Part shown: positions 9,449 through 19,655 of the stretch, piece by piece
How the letters are laid out: each line of letters opens with the position of its first letter
How positions within the stretch are numbered: position 1 is the stretch's first letter
From: Candidatus Bathyarchaeota archaeon
GTDB taxonomy: Archaea; Thermoproteota; Bathyarchaeia; Bathyarchaeales; Bathycorpusculaceae
NCBI GenBank assembly: GCA_963782525.1
Contig: CAWAKC010000011.1
Span: forward strand, 32,001-96,000
DNA: 64,000 nt
Direction of reading: 5' to 3'
The notes under the pieces: generated by a model
The model's database searches: none
What the model was told of the DNA's origin: nothing
Seen by the model: only the letters and a program-made list of their open reading frames with translations
Translations under genes and position numbers: made by a program

Positions 9449-10330
9449 GTGAAGGTTATCTCTGGTCCAGCATCCAAAGAGCTTGCTGAAGCGGTTTCAG
9501 CCCAAACAGGCTACACAAACATCCCAGTTGTAGCAAAGATTTTTCCTGACGGCGAATCCTACGTCCGTTTAGACGGTGACGTTAAAGGCGAAGAAGTCGC
9601 TATCGTGCAAACTACTTGTCCGCCCATGCAGGATGGAAGGCTTTTCCAGTTGGCGTTCATGGCTGATTCGGCTAAGCGTGCAGGCGCAAAAAAAGTAACC
9701 GCTGTTGTACCTTACTTGGCGTATGCTAGGCAGGACAAAATGTTCCTCTCAGGCGAGGGCATAAGTGTTGAAACCATTGCGCGGATGCTTAAAGCTGCAG
9801 GAATCGACCAGTTTCTAACTGTAAACATCCATTCCGAACCCACGTTGTCGCAGTTCCCGTTTCCAGCCAAAACCCTCAGCGCCATTCCACTCATCGCAGA
9901 CTACTTCGTCAAGAAAGGCTTCAAAGGAGCGTTTGCGCTCTCACCCGACAAAGGCGCTATGTACATCGCTAAGCAGGCGCAGGCAGTTTTAGGTGGCGAT
10001 GTGGGGCATCTAAGCAAAATCCGCGACCGCTACACTGGGCAAACTGTCCAAACTGCAGAAGGCTTGAATGTTAAGGGTCAAGCAGTCATAATTCTCGACG
10101 ATATCATCAGTACCGGCGGCACCATTGTTGGCGCAGCCAAAATCCTCCGTGAACAGGGCGCTAAGCGTGTGTTCTGCGGTTGTGTCCATGGATTGCTCAT
10201 AGGTGTTGCAGAAAAGCGGATTTTAGATGCGGGTGTGGAGGAAATTGTTGGAACTGATAGTGTCCCGGGTAATGTAAGCAAAGTTTCACTTGCACCGCTC
10301 ATTAGTCAAGAGCTTAAGGCGCAACGGTAG
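9449..10330 (+). CDS. prs: Ribose-phosphate pyrophosphokinase
   Basis: FPDGE, PYLAYARQDK, SPDKGA and DDIISTGGT motifs. Confidence 0.95.
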   Translation: MKVISGPASKELAEAVSAQTGYTNIPVVAKIFPDGESYVRLDGDVKGEEVAIVQTTCPPMQDGRLFQLAFMADSAKRAGAKKVTAVVPYLAYARQDKMFLSGEGISVETIARMLKAAGIDQFLTVNIHSEPTLSQFPFPAKTLSAIPLIADYFVKKGFKGAFALSPDKGAMYIAKQAQAVLGGDVGHLSKIRDRYTGQTVQTAEGLNVKGQAVIILDDIISTGGTIVGAAKILREQGAKRVFCGCVHGLLIGVAEKRILDAGVEEIVGTDSVPGNVSKVSLAPLISQELKAQR

Positions 10331-11403
10331 TGCCCAAACTCTTCTTCCTCTTATCAGGCGAGAACGAAACGCTGCCCACCGCAGAAGTTAAGGCGATTCT
10401 GGAAGCTGAAGGCTACCTCTACTCCGGTGTGTCGGAGTTTGATCAGATTCTGCGGTTGGAAACGGATGTTGTAAGTGTGCAAGCGGTTCAGGTGCGGTCG
10501 GCATATACGCGGTTTTGTGCCTTGGAACTGTTTGTTGCAAATGCTGATTTTGATGACATCGCAAAGGCAGCGGCGGAAACAGATTTCAAAGCCGTCCTCA
10601 AACCCGGTGAAAGCTTCGTTGTGCGAATAAACCGTATTCGTAACTACGCTGACGAAGCAGTAAACACTATGACGCTTGAGGGCAGACTGGGCAAACAAAT
10701 CCTAAAGCTTACCGAAGGCACAAAAGTCAGCCTAAAAAACCCCGATAAAACATTCATCGGCATAATAACAGACGATAGACTCATTTTAGGCTTAAAATTA
10801 ACAGATATAACAAGCAAAACCTTCAGCGAGCGCCGCCCACGCAAAAAACCTTTTTTCCACCCTTCGGCGATGCCGTCGAAGATGGCGCGTTGCATGGTGA
10901 ATCTGGCGCATGCAAAAGCTGAATCGGTCGTGCTTGACCCATTTTGTGGCACAGGCACCTCACTTATCGAAGCCACATACATAGGCTGCCGAGCAGTAGG
11001 CGTTGACGCTCAAAGGCGGATGATTTTGGGCACGAGAAAAAACCTGCGATTCTTCAGCATTGACGCCGAAGGGTTGGTTTTGGCTGATTCACGAAATCCC
11101 CCATTCTTTAAAGTTGACTGTGTTGTAACTGACCCGCCTTATGGTCGCTCCTCAAGCACCCTGAAATCAACTACCAAGCAGCTGGTTGAAGAAGTTTTAG
11201 CCTCCTCGCTTGTGTTGCTCGGGGCGGGGCAACGGATTTGTATAGCCCTTCCTATACAGGTGAACGGATGTGGTGAAGTAGACCACATGGCACAAGATAT
11301 AGCAAGGTTTGTTAAGAATCTCGGATACAAAACAATTGAATCACATTTGGTTTACATTCACAGCTCATTGACACGGGAAATTATGGTTTACGAAAAAACA
11401 TGA
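10330..11403 (+). CDS. trm11: tRNA (guanine-10) methyltransferase, THUMP plus methyltransferase domains (Trm11/TrmG10)
   Basis: LSGE, KPFFHP, LDPFCGTG, TDPPYGR and H.SLTREI motifs. Confidence 0.85.
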   Translation: MPKLFFLLSGENETLPTAEVKAILEAEGYLYSGVSEFDQILRLETDVVSVQAVQVRSAYTRFCALELFVANADFDDIAKAAAETDFKAVLKPGESFVVRINRIRNYADEAVNTMTLEGRLGKQILKLTEGTKVSLKNPDKTFIGIITDDRLILGLKLTDITSKTFSERRPRKKPFFHPSAMPSKMARCMVNLAHAKAESVVLDPFCGTGTSLIEATYIGCRAVGVDAQRRMILGTRKNLRFFSIDAEGLVLADSRNPPFFKVDCVVTDPPYGRSSSTLKSTTKQLVEEVLASSLVLLGAGQRICIALPIQVNGCGEVDHMAQDIARFVKNLGYKTIESHLVYIHSSLTREIMVYEKT

Positions 11404-12889
11404 ACTGCTCACGGATGCGTATCAGCCACTTATTGTATTGATAACATATGAGCCATTTTTATCAAAATGACTCAAACTTACCTGCATATTAGAATAAAAC
11501 GTCTATTAGTTGCGTCCTTTTTTCTTTCTTATAATTAGGAAGGGCCCAAACGTTGTGACAATGTTCGTTAAAATTATCATTGTAACAACTATTACAGGAT
11601 AAATACCTGCATTTGGGATTCCGTACTGTTGGGGAATTACGCTTAATGTCGCATGGGCGAGGCCTTGTCCACACATCAGCGTCATTATAGTCGCATCCTT
11701 TCGCATACCGCTTCTCGTCACAGATAGTCGCACAGCAACATTTCGTAAGCCCAAGTTCAAGAATAGAAAGATTAGTCCTATAGACAAGCCGAAAGTGACT
11801 GAATTATATGATATATCATAAATCAGCCCAAGAAAAACGAAGAAGAATGTTCTAATTAGAAAAGTAAGTTCTGAGTGAAGGTGAGTCAGCTTCTCTTTTT
11901 GTTCTTCAAAGTGTGTGCCAACAATTTTAATTCTAACTAAAGAAGCCACCTTTTTGTAATTGCCCATGACCAAGCCCATGACTAGTGCAGACAACACCCC
12001 ACTCCCTCCAAGGATTTCAACTCCCATAACTGTAAGTATCAGAACGGCTAGCGTTGAAATGTAATTGTACGGTTCATTCCTTATTCTAACGAGAACCCAT
12101 CCCCAAACGATGCCTACCGCTAATCCCAGAAGGATTCCTACTCCAAACTCTGCAAGTATGTTTTCCGTGAAGGTCAATAGGCTAAAGCTACCGCTTAAAT
12201 ACAAGCTCAGCAACGAGAAGAAGAAGACAATGTTAAGGACATCTGTAATTGTTGATTCCAACGACAAAGTCATTGCAGTTTCTTCCGTCATTACTAGTTT
12301 TTTACACAAGGGGATAATGACCATTGAGCTTGTGCCAGCAATCATCGGTCCAAACATTAGAGCCAGGATCCAATCGATGTTTAATAGAAATTTTGCTACT
12401 ACAGAAACAGCAATAGTTACCAAAACAAAATATATTACTGCCAAAAGGGTTGCTCTTCCACTCTGCTTCACCACTTTGGTTATGTTCATATCCATGCCTC
12501 CGTAGAACAAAATCATTATCAAAGACAACTCTATGATGTAAGGAGTTATAGGGGCTAAGTCGTTTTTTGAAAATAAGCCTAAAACAGGACCCAAAATAAT
12601 CCCCAGAATTAACAGAAATAGTATGTCAGGGAATCCTGTTTTTCTGAAAAAAACATCTGCTAGATAGCCAACAACAATCATGAAAGCTACAATTATAAAA
12701 GTTAAGGTCAGATCAATCATTTATGCTTCCAGCCAGATCGTTTCAAAATATCTTGGAAATATAGATATAAAAATCCTTGTAAAGTTAAAGCCAAGCTTTC
12801 GTTCAAATCTTCGGATACTGAAATCTAGAATCCAATAGAGTTCATGTTCATCGGACATTAACGCGGGAAATTGTGGTTTACGAAAAAAC
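11371..12889 (+). repeat. Direct repeat of the trm11 3' end flanking the antiporter (11371-11399 and 12861-12889)
   Basis: ACACGGGAAATTATGGTTTACGAAAAAAC versus ACGCGGGAAATTGTGGTTTACGAAAAAAC (27/29). Weaker similarity extends about 70 nt upstream of each copy. Confidence 0.8.
11506..12720 (-). CDS. Cation:proton antiporter (CPA1/NhaP-like)
   Basis: About 12 TM helices, P..L.L..LG..LGP, LF.GG, LESTITD and FFFVFLG motifs. Confidence 0.88.
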   Translation of the reverse strand: MIDLTLTFIIVAFMIVVGYLADVFFRKTGFPDILFLLILGIILGPVLGLFSKNDLAPITPYIIELSLIMILFYGGMDMNITKVVKQSGRATLLAVIYFVLVTIAVSVVAKFLLNIDWILALMFGPMIAGTSSMVIIPLCKKLVMTEETAMTLSLESTITDVLNIVFFFSLLSLYLSGSFSLLTFTENILAEFGVGILLGLAVGIVWGWVLVRIRNEPYNYISTLAVLILTVMGVEILGGSGVLSALVMGLVMGNYKKVASLVRIKIVGTHFEEQKEKLTHLHSELTFLIRTFFFVFLGLIYDISYNSVTFGLSIGLIFLFLNLGLRNVAVRLSVTRSGMRKDATIMTLMCGQGLAHATLSVIPQQYGIPNAGIYPVIVVTMIILTNIVTTFGPFLIIRKKKGRN

Positions 12890-13100
12890 TTACCTCTCAA
12901 AGTTGTTTAACGCTTTTCTTTGCTGTATTTTTTTCTAAACTTCGAAGGTTCCCCATTTAACATCTGCTCTCTGTCTACGGTTAATGTGTCCTGGTGCGTC
13001 GCGCTTTTTTGTCTTGGTGGCAAGTATAAAGGATTTGAAAACTGTAGAGCTACACTTTGAAAATCTTTTTTTTAACCTACAGAGATAGAGAATCGGAACT

Positions 13101-13241
13101 TCAAAAAGGAAGAAAAATTACATAACTACTAACTGTGTTCCATTCACTCCCATTTTCCGCTATTTTGCTTAAACTGCATCTGAACACACGGCAACCCTCA
13201 CACCAAATTCGCCGTATCTTCGAAACAGGACACATATACAT
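13101..13241 (-). CDS. Possible 46-aa Cys-containing small protein
   Basis: MYMCPVSKIRRIWCEGCRVFRCSLSK..., 4 Cys including CxxC, lying in an otherwise empty intergenic gap. Confidence 0.25.
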   Translation of the reverse strand: MYMCPVSKIRRIWCEGCRVFRCSLSKIAENGSEWNTVSSYVIFLPF

Positions 13242-13412
13242 TTCTTAAGTGCGGTGACGAGTTGTGCACAAACTTATTTGTATTGCTTCCCCCAAAACAT
13301 TAAACATATCATACATAGGCACTGAGCTGGGCTATCGGCATGTGGAATCCCACTTTGCCTGCGTCCACCAGTCGTTGACGAGAGAGATTGCAGTGTTTGA
13401 AAAGGTGACTAA

Positions 13413-14333
13413 ATGAGTCTTCGTGTAGTGTTCTTGGGAACAAGCGGAAGTGTACCAACACTAAAACGCAGCTTGCCTTCTGTTGTGGTTCAGCGTCCAA
13501 GGGATCAGTGGATGTTTGACTGCGGCGAAAATGTCCAGCGCCAAATGATGCAGGCAAAGGTTAGTTTTCACCGTAAAATGAAGGTTTTCATTACTCACCT
13601 GCACGGAGACCACGTGCTCGGGTTGCCGGGGCTATTGCAAACGATGGCGCTGATGGATCGCAAAGAACCAGTACAAATCTATGGACCCGTCGGACTCAAA
13701 GATTTTCTGGTCTGCACCAAAGAAACCCTCAACTTCGGCTTAAACTACCCCGTAGAAATCAACCAAATTCTCAGCGAAGGCGTCGTTTGCGACGAAGAAG
13801 AATACCAAGTAATAGCAACCAAATCTAATCATGCCGTTGAAAGTTACGCTTACGCATTTGTGGAGAAGCCACGCCCCGGCAAGTTCTATCCCAAACAGGC
13901 TTTGGCGCAGGGGGTTGCGGCAGGCGAACTTTGGTCTAAGCTGCAGGGAGGCGAAGAAATCATACTCTCAGACGGCAAAGTGGTTAAGCCAAGCGACGTG
14001 ATGGGTCCGATGCGGGCTGGACGCAAAATCATCTATACGGGCGATACTAAACCCTTCGAAGCCTTCGCAAAATTTGCAGCGGGCGCAGATTTGGTTATTC
14101 ACGACTGTACATTTGACGATTCCTTAACTGAGAAGGCTGGGGTAGATGGGCATTCGACGCCAAGCCAGGCGGCTGAGCAAGCAAAAGCTGCAAACGCAAA
14201 ACAGCTGGTGTTGTCTCATATCAGTGCAAGGTACCCCAACGCTGGGCTGCTACTGGAACAAGCCAAAAAAGTCTTCCCAAACACCTTGCTTGCCGAGGAC
14301 TTTATGGAGCTGGAGCTACCCTTAAGCGAGTAG
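13413..14333 (+). CDS. rnz: Ribonuclease Z
   Basis: FLGTS, FDCGE, THLHGDH, flexible-arm GP segment, YTGDT, HST and HISARY motifs. Confidence 0.95.
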   Translation: MSLRVVFLGTSGSVPTLKRSLPSVVVQRPRDQWMFDCGENVQRQMMQAKVSFHRKMKVFITHLHGDHVLGLPGLLQTMALMDRKEPVQIYGPVGLKDFLVCTKETLNFGLNYPVEINQILSEGVVCDEEEYQVIATKSNHAVESYAYAFVEKPRPGKFYPKQALAQGVAAGELWSKLQGGEEIILSDGKVVKPSDVMGPMRAGRKIIYTGDTKPFEAFAKFAAGADLVIHDCTFDDSLTEKAGVDGHSTPSQAAEQAKAANAKQLVLSHISARYPNAGLLLEQAKKVFPNTLLAEDFMELELPLSE

Positions 14334-15104
14334 CTGCTTTAGCTTCTGAATGCTCTGGGGCACCTTATGCATGGATTCTACAACGACGGTTTTGTCGTAG
14401 CCGATTTTATTTAGTGTTTCTGCAAACCAATTGTAGTCAATGTTGCCGTCTTCAACGCCGTTGTGTTGGTCATCTGAGCCATCGTTGTTGCTGGCATGGA
14501 TATGTACGATTTTGTCAGCGAGTATGTTAAAGAAAGGCTGGATTTGCCCTTCCAAGTTGGCGTGTCCAAGGTCCAAGGTTATGCCGATAGGCAGGCTCGT
14601 TTCCTTGTACATCCGCATGAATTCCTCAGGGGTATTCATCAAAAACCAGTATTTTGCTGGCAGGTTTTCCAAGGCTATGTTTATTCCATATTCCTCAGCG
14701 ATTGAGTAGAGTTTTTGGATGCTTTGGCACATCGTTTTGAAATCAGCGCCTTGATAGAATTGCCCGATGCCTGTGCGTTGCCCCGGATGGAACACCCACA
14801 TTTTAGCGTCGATGGCGTTGGCGTTGGCTAATGATTGGGTCAGGCGCTTTAGAGAAGCGTTCAGTAGGGGTTTAACGGGCGAGGCAATGTTGATGTCGGC
14901 GAAGGGTGCATGTAAGCTGTAGGTGAGGTTGTAGCTTTTGGCGGCTTCTTTTAGGAGTGTGATGCGTTTTTTGTCAAGGTCATGGGTGCCGTCGTCCAAA
15001 ATCTCAATGTATTTTGTATCCATAGTGCCTAAGCGTTTTACCATGCGGTTGAAGGGCTCGCTCAGACAGTAGAGCATTGAAACGCCAACTTTTGCCTTAG
15101 ACAT
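14322..15104 (-). CDS. Sugar phosphate isomerase/epimerase (xylose-isomerase-like TIM barrel)
   Basis: HAPFADINIAS, HPG, LENLP, LDLGH and HIH.S.N.G..D.H motifs. Confidence 0.85.
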   Translation of the reverse strand: MSKAKVGVSMLYCLSEPFNRMVKRLGTMDTKYIEILDDGTHDLDKKRITLLKEAAKSYNLTYSLHAPFADINIASPVKPLLNASLKRLTQSLANANAIDAKMWVFHPGQRTGIGQFYQGADFKTMCQSIQKLYSIAEEYGINIALENLPAKYWFLMNTPEEFMRMYKETSLPIGITLDLGHANLEGQIQPFFNILADKIVHIHASNNDGSDDQHNGVEDGNIDYNWFAETLNKIGYDKTVVVESMHKVPQSIQKLKQLLA

Positions 15105-15335
15105 ATCCGTTCCTCTTGTGAGTTAGAATGTTTCTGGTTAAAAGCCAAGTCAACCTAAATAACTTAATCCCAAGACTATTCACGTCCTATTGGAAAGGAA
15201 TTTTCTTCCAAATTTTTGTATTTTATAGGTTCTGATAATAAAATAAATCGACATCTTCGCTCATTTTACGCAAATTTGGAGCACCTTGTAGCTTTGACAG
15301 CCAAAAAATTATAACCTTCTATCTAACATAATTAT

Positions 15336-15686
15336 ATGGAGATTATTGTCTTGACTTTGAACGCTGAAAGGGCACAGAAAATTCTCAGTCCAGTTTCTTA
15401 TAAGCTGGGCTTTCATTTTTTCATGCTGGATGGTCATTATTCAGGTGAAACCGCTATGTCTCTTTGCGGTTTCCTAAAAGATATGGGAAGCATAGATGTA
15501 CAATCAATCCGGTTCCATTTTGAGCGCGGTGATTTTCAAAAGTGGCTAAGAACCACAATTGATGATGAAGAGCTTGCGCAAAGAATAGATAAAATAGGCA
15601 AAACATTGTCAGATAAACAACTAATTCAACAGTTATCAGAGATAGTGCAAAAAAGAATTTCTGAACTGCAGCTGATAGATACTTAG
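15336..15686 (+). CDS. DUF5752-family protein
   Basis: GFHF, A.SL..F, SI.FH..RGDF.KW....I.D.ELA. Confidence 0.7.
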   Translation: MEIIVLTLNAERAQKILSPVSYKLGFHFFMLDGHYSGETAMSLCGFLKDMGSIDVQSIRFHFERGDFQKWLRTTIDDEELAQRIDKIGKTLSDKQLIQQLSEIVQKRISELQLIDT

Positions 15687-15779
15687 TGCTTTAGTTTTCA
15701 AAATCGATAGCCAAGTGAAAAGTCAAATTAACTCAAAAGCAAGAAGATTAAATTCCTTTCCAGCTGATATGTAGAAAAA

Positions 15780-16256
15780 TTAAGGTTTTGTGTAGAGGTA
15801 AATAGTGTGTGAAGGATATCCCAACGTTGGGTTTTCGCAGAAATTCTCTACTTTCGTGGGTCGCCAGCCGATTATTTCGTAGTCATGTGAGACGACACGT
15901 GCACCTTTTTTGAGGTCGCTTTCGAGTTTGGGTTTGATTTTCTCGTTGGCGCTCGTCGTTAAGTACAAGTAGACGACGTCGGCTGATGTTAGGTTTACGT
16001 TGAACATGTCTGCGTTCATGATGGTTACGCGGTCATCAAGTCCGCTTTCGTGGATATTGCCCATGGCTTTCTTCGCTAAATCTTCTCGTAGCTCGATGCC
16101 GACGCCTCGGGCGCCAAAAGTCTTTGCCGCCATAATGACGGTTCTGCCGTCTCCTGAACCCATGTCGAAGAGGACTTCGCCAGCCTTCAAATCTGCCAAC
16201 TTAAGCATATATTCTACAACGGTTTGTGGACTTGGAACAAAAGGCGCGATAAACAT
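15780..16256 (-). CDS. Class I SAM-dependent methyltransferase
   Basis: APFVPSP, DMGSGDGR, ADVVYLYL and GARVVSHD motifs. Confidence 0.88.
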   Translation of the reverse strand: MFIAPFVPSPQTVVEYMLKLADLKAGEVLFDMGSGDGRTVIMAAKTFGARGVGIELREDLAKKAMGNIHESGLDDRVTIMNADMFNVNLTSADVVYLYLTTSANEKIKPKLESDLKKGARVVSHDYEIIGWRPTKVENFCENPTLGYPSHTIYLYTKP

Positions 16257-16295
16257 TTTCAGTTCCTTCTTCTCAAAATATTGGCTATCATGCTG

Positions 16296-16622
16296 TTATG
16301 CCACGTAAGCGTCTTTTTTAGGTTGGGGTCTTTTAGCTTCCCCGCATTTCACGCAACTCTGTGCGCACAGTTCGAGGTATTTTTCTTCATCAGCTTTGCT
16401 TATGGCGTTTGCGGCTTTGGTGCACATTTCGCTAGGTTCATTGCAGCCTTCTTCTTTGCATAGTTTTGATATGTGCTCGCAGATTTCTTGGACGTCTTTA
16501 GGCTCTAAAACTGCTCGGTTTGTGCGTACAAGTAGGCAGAGTTCACGTGCCATGACGCAGGTTTTGACATATTTTATGCGTTCGAGAACTTCATTGCGTA
16601 GGTTCTTTCGGCTAATTTCCAC
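16296..16622 (-). CDS. Cys-rich helical hypothetical protein
   Basis: 108 aa, 9 Cys, C-terminal CxxxCxxC. Confidence 0.7.
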   Translation of the reverse strand: MEISRKNLRNEVLERIKYVKTCVMARELCLLVRTNRAVLEPKDVQEICEHISKLCKEEGCNEPSEMCTKAANAISKADEEKYLELCAQSCVKCGEAKRPQPKKDAYVA

Positions 16623-16707
16623 TTTCTATTCTCCTATGAGCATGACAAGCAGATAAGCCAACTTATGCCTCTTTAAGCTTAAAAGGTTAATGCAATATCT
16701 AAGAAAA

Positions 16708-17532
16708 CTATCGTTTCAGAGTTTTCAGCATGCTTCCTGACTGGTACCCTTCTAAATCAAACGTCACGTATTTGAAGCCAAGTTTTTTCAATTCCCAAGC
16801 CACCTTATCCTGAACAACTACACTGCAAAACAATGCTCTTTCAGCTTTTGCAACTTCGATGCGTGCCAAACCGTCGTGGTCTCTAACGCGAACTTGCTTA
16901 ACGCCTGCCACAGCTTTTACTGCCTGCTCTGCCCTATGCACTCGGAACAGTTTCTCAACTGTAATTTTCTCATTAAACGGTATCCTTGATGCTAGACACG
17001 CCAAGGCAGGCTTATCATGCACACTAAGTCCCATTTGTTTGGCGACTTGGCGAATCTCCTCTTTTGTAAACTTGTTAGCCATCCAAGGACTGTAAACATC
17101 TTTGGCTTCCTGGACCGCTTTAAATCCCGGTCGGTGATCGTTTAAATCTGTAAAGTTAGTGCCTTCAAAAACCGCTTTAAATCCAAGTGCGCGTGTAAAA
17201 TCAACCAAGTTTTTTAGCAGTTCTTTTTTGCAAAAATAGCAGCGGTTTTCGGGGTTGCTGCAGAAATCGGGGTTCTCAAGCTCGTTTGTCTCTATCACGA
17301 ACATTTTGATGCCGATATCCTTCGCTATTTTTTTGGCGTCCTCCAGTTCCTCAGGTGTGTATGTGGGCGACTTGGCTATAACAGCCACCGCTTTCCCACC
17401 TAAAACCTCGAAGCTAACAGCCGCTAAAGTTGAACTGTCCACACCGCCCGAAAAAGCAATTACCACGCCTTCTTTGCCCTTTTCCACGATGAAATGCCTG
17501 AGTTTTTCAAGCTTCTGGGTTAAGTCTTCCAT
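16708..17532 (-). CDS. larE: ATP-dependent sulfur transferase LarE
   Basis: AFSGGVDS, N..NRCYFCK, D.RPG, ACLASRIP and RVRDH motifs. Confidence 0.92.
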   Translation of the reverse strand: MEDLTQKLEKLRHFIVEKGKEGVVIAFSGGVDSSTLAAVSFEVLGGKAVAVIAKSPTYTPEELEDAKKIAKDIGIKMFVIETNELENPDFCSNPENRCYFCKKELLKNLVDFTRALGFKAVFEGTNFTDLNDHRPGFKAVQEAKDVYSPWMANKFTKEEIRQVAKQMGLSVHDKPALACLASRIPFNEKITVEKLFRVHRAEQAVKAVAGVKQVRVRDHDGLARIEVAKAERALFCSVVVQDKVAWELKKLGFKYVTFDLEGYQSGSMLKTLKR

Positions 17533-18789
17533 TTAAATTACCTCTTTTTTTAGAACTTCACGGGCTTTTGCAACTGCGTTATCTGATAGTTCTCGGAATG
17601 GTTTTTTGGTTTTTTCCGCTAGTTTCTTTAGGTCGTCGTACTCGGGTTTTATTTGGATGATTTCGCCGTTAAGGTTTTTTGTAACCTTAACCCGAACCGA
17701 CTCTTTGCTACCAGATATAGACAAATCCACATTGTGCAACTCGCGGTCTACGATATGTCGCTCGCAGAAGTAAACCCGAACTCCTAATGTGCCTGTTTCT
17801 TCAATCAAAACCTGAGAAAGGTGCTGTACGTCTTTTCGTTCAGTGATAACCTTGACTATATGCCCCGGCCTGTTCTTTTTGGTGTACATGGGAATGATGC
17901 TTACGTCTTTTGCACCTTCGCTAAGCAGCCTATCGAGTGTGTAACCTAAAACTTCTCCTGAGACATCATCGAGGTTGGTTTCTAAAACAGCGATTTCATC
18001 CTTCCCAATGTCATTTCCCAGAATTATACCGGTTGTAACTCGCAACAAGGCAGGCACCTCCCCAAACTCTTTAGTTCCAGCACCATAGCCAACCTTCAAA
18101 GGCACCATAGAAGGGTAAAAGCGGGTGACCTCATCAACTAAATTAACCAGAATTGAAACTCCTGTCGGCGTTGCAAGTTCGGCTTCTATGGGACCGCCCT
18201 GAAAATGAAAATTCTTGGATTGCAGAATAGCTAACGTGGCAGGTGCGGGACTTGAAACTATGCCATGGGAAAACCTGAATGTTCCACCGCCAACCGCCAC
18301 TGGAGTCGAATAAATCTTCGCTTCAAAAAGGCCCAAGTCATCAAGTGCAACCGCTACGCCAAGTATTTCCGCGGCCGTATCAACTAATGATACCTCATGT
18401 AAATGCGCTTCATCAAAAGAGGTTTTATGTAAATCAGCTTCTGCACCAACGAGTGTGCGGATGGTTTTAGAGGCAAACTGCTGAGCCTTCGCTGAAAGCT
18501 CAAGGGTCCCTGCAGCTTTTTCCACTATGTCGATTAGTTCGCTGCCAAGCCTTTTACTTGCGGATTCTGAGGTTACGTCGATTTGAGAGGCTTTGAATTC
18601 GCCCCGCATTACTTGGTTAATCTTGATTTGGATGTTTTTGTAGCCGTACTCTGGGTTTTCCAGCAACTTTATGGCGGAAACAACTTTGTCGGTGTCTGCT
18701 CCAAGATCCAATAAAGCAGCAAGAATCATGTCTCCGGCGACACCTGAAGCTTGACAATCGAATATCAGTATTTTTTTGGAGTCAGTCAT
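17533..18789 (-). CDS. larC: Nickel-pincer cofactor nickel insertase LarC
   Basis: DC..SGVAGDM, HLHEV, HG..S.PAPAT, EL.TPTG, GYGAG, LETNLDD, KK.RPG and ETGTLGVR motifs. Confidence 0.92.
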   Translation of the reverse strand: MTDSKKILIFDCQASGVAGDMILAALLDLGADTDKVVSAIKLLENPEYGYKNIQIKINQVMRGEFKASQIDVTSESASKRLGSELIDIVEKAAGTLELSAKAQQFASKTIRTLVGAEADLHKTSFDEAHLHEVSLVDTAAEILGVAVALDDLGLFEAKIYSTPVAVGGGTFRFSHGIVSSPAPATLAILQSKNFHFQGGPIEAELATPTGVSILVNLVDEVTRFYPSMVPLKVGYGAGTKEFGEVPALLRVTTGIILGNDIGKDEIAVLETNLDDVSGEVLGYTLDRLLSEGAKDVSIIPMYTKKNRPGHIVKVITERKDVQHLSQVLIEETGTLGVRVYFCERHIVDRELHNVDLSISGSKESVRVKVTKNLNGEIIQIKPEYDDLKKLAEKTKKPFRELSDNAVAKAREVLKKEVI

Positions 18790-18869
18790 TCTTTATCACA
18801 AAAATTTAGACATTGGGAATGGGCATAATAGATATATTGCTTAAGGGTTTTTTTAAGTATTGTCCGGTT

Positions 18870-19655
18870 ATGTACACACTTAGAGAAGTTCTTGATAAAG
18901 TTGCCAAAAATGAGCTTTCATCGTCTGAAGCTGAAATCCTTTTAAAGCTTTGTGCCGTCGACGAGGTAGGCTGTTTCGCTAAGCTTGACGGAAACAGAGA
19001 GCTACGCAAGGGCATTCCAGAGATTATTTTGGCTGAAGGCAAAACTGCAGACGATGTCGTTCAAATATCCAACAGCATGCTTGCTAAGAACGGACGCGTA
19101 ATCGTTAGTCGATGTTCAAAGGAACAGGTTCTGGCACTTCAGGACACTTTTTCCAGTGACGTTGACTTAGAAATGAATGACAAAGCCCGAATGGTAGTGA
19201 TAAAAAGGAAAGATTTCGCCGTAAACCCGACTGGCGGAAAAGTTGCGATTTTAACGGCGGGAACCTCCGACATTCCTGTGGCTGAAGAAGCCAAAGTTAT
19301 CGCCCAAGAGATGGGTTGCACGGTTTATTCAACCTACGATGTTGGCGTTGCTGGGATTCACAGGTTGCTTGAGCCGTTAAAAGAGGTCCTGTCAAATGAT
19401 GTTGATGTAATTGTTGTTGTAGCTGGCAGGGAAGGAGCGTTGGCTTCGGTGGTTTCGGGATTAGTTGATGTTCCGGTGGTTGCTGTTCCAACCTCTAACA
19501 GTTACGGTTTTGGCGAAAAAGGTTTGAGTGCGCTTATGGCTATGCTTCAGTCTTGTTCGTTGGGGTTGGCGGTTGTAAACATCGATTCGGGCGTTGGCGC
19601 TGGAGCAGTTGCAACGTTGATTGCGAACCGCGCAGCTAAATTCAGGAATCCTTAG
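18870..19655 (+). CDS. larB: Nickel-pincer cofactor carboxylase/hydrolase LarB
   Basis: R.G.PE.I..EGK, AGTSD.PVAEE, DVGVAGIHR, AG.EGAL.SV and VVNID motifs. Confidence 0.92.
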   Translation: MYTLREVLDKVAKNELSSSEAEILLKLCAVDEVGCFAKLDGNRELRKGIPEIILAEGKTADDVVQISNSMLAKNGRVIVSRCSKEQVLALQDTFSSDVDLEMNDKARMVVIKRKDFAVNPTGGKVAILTAGTSDIPVAEEAKVIAQEMGCTVYSTYDVGVAGIHRLLEPLKEVLSNDVDVIVVVAGREGALASVVSGLVDVPVVAVPTSNSYGFGEKGLSALMAMLQSCSLGLAVVNIDSGVGAGAVATLIANRAAKFRNP

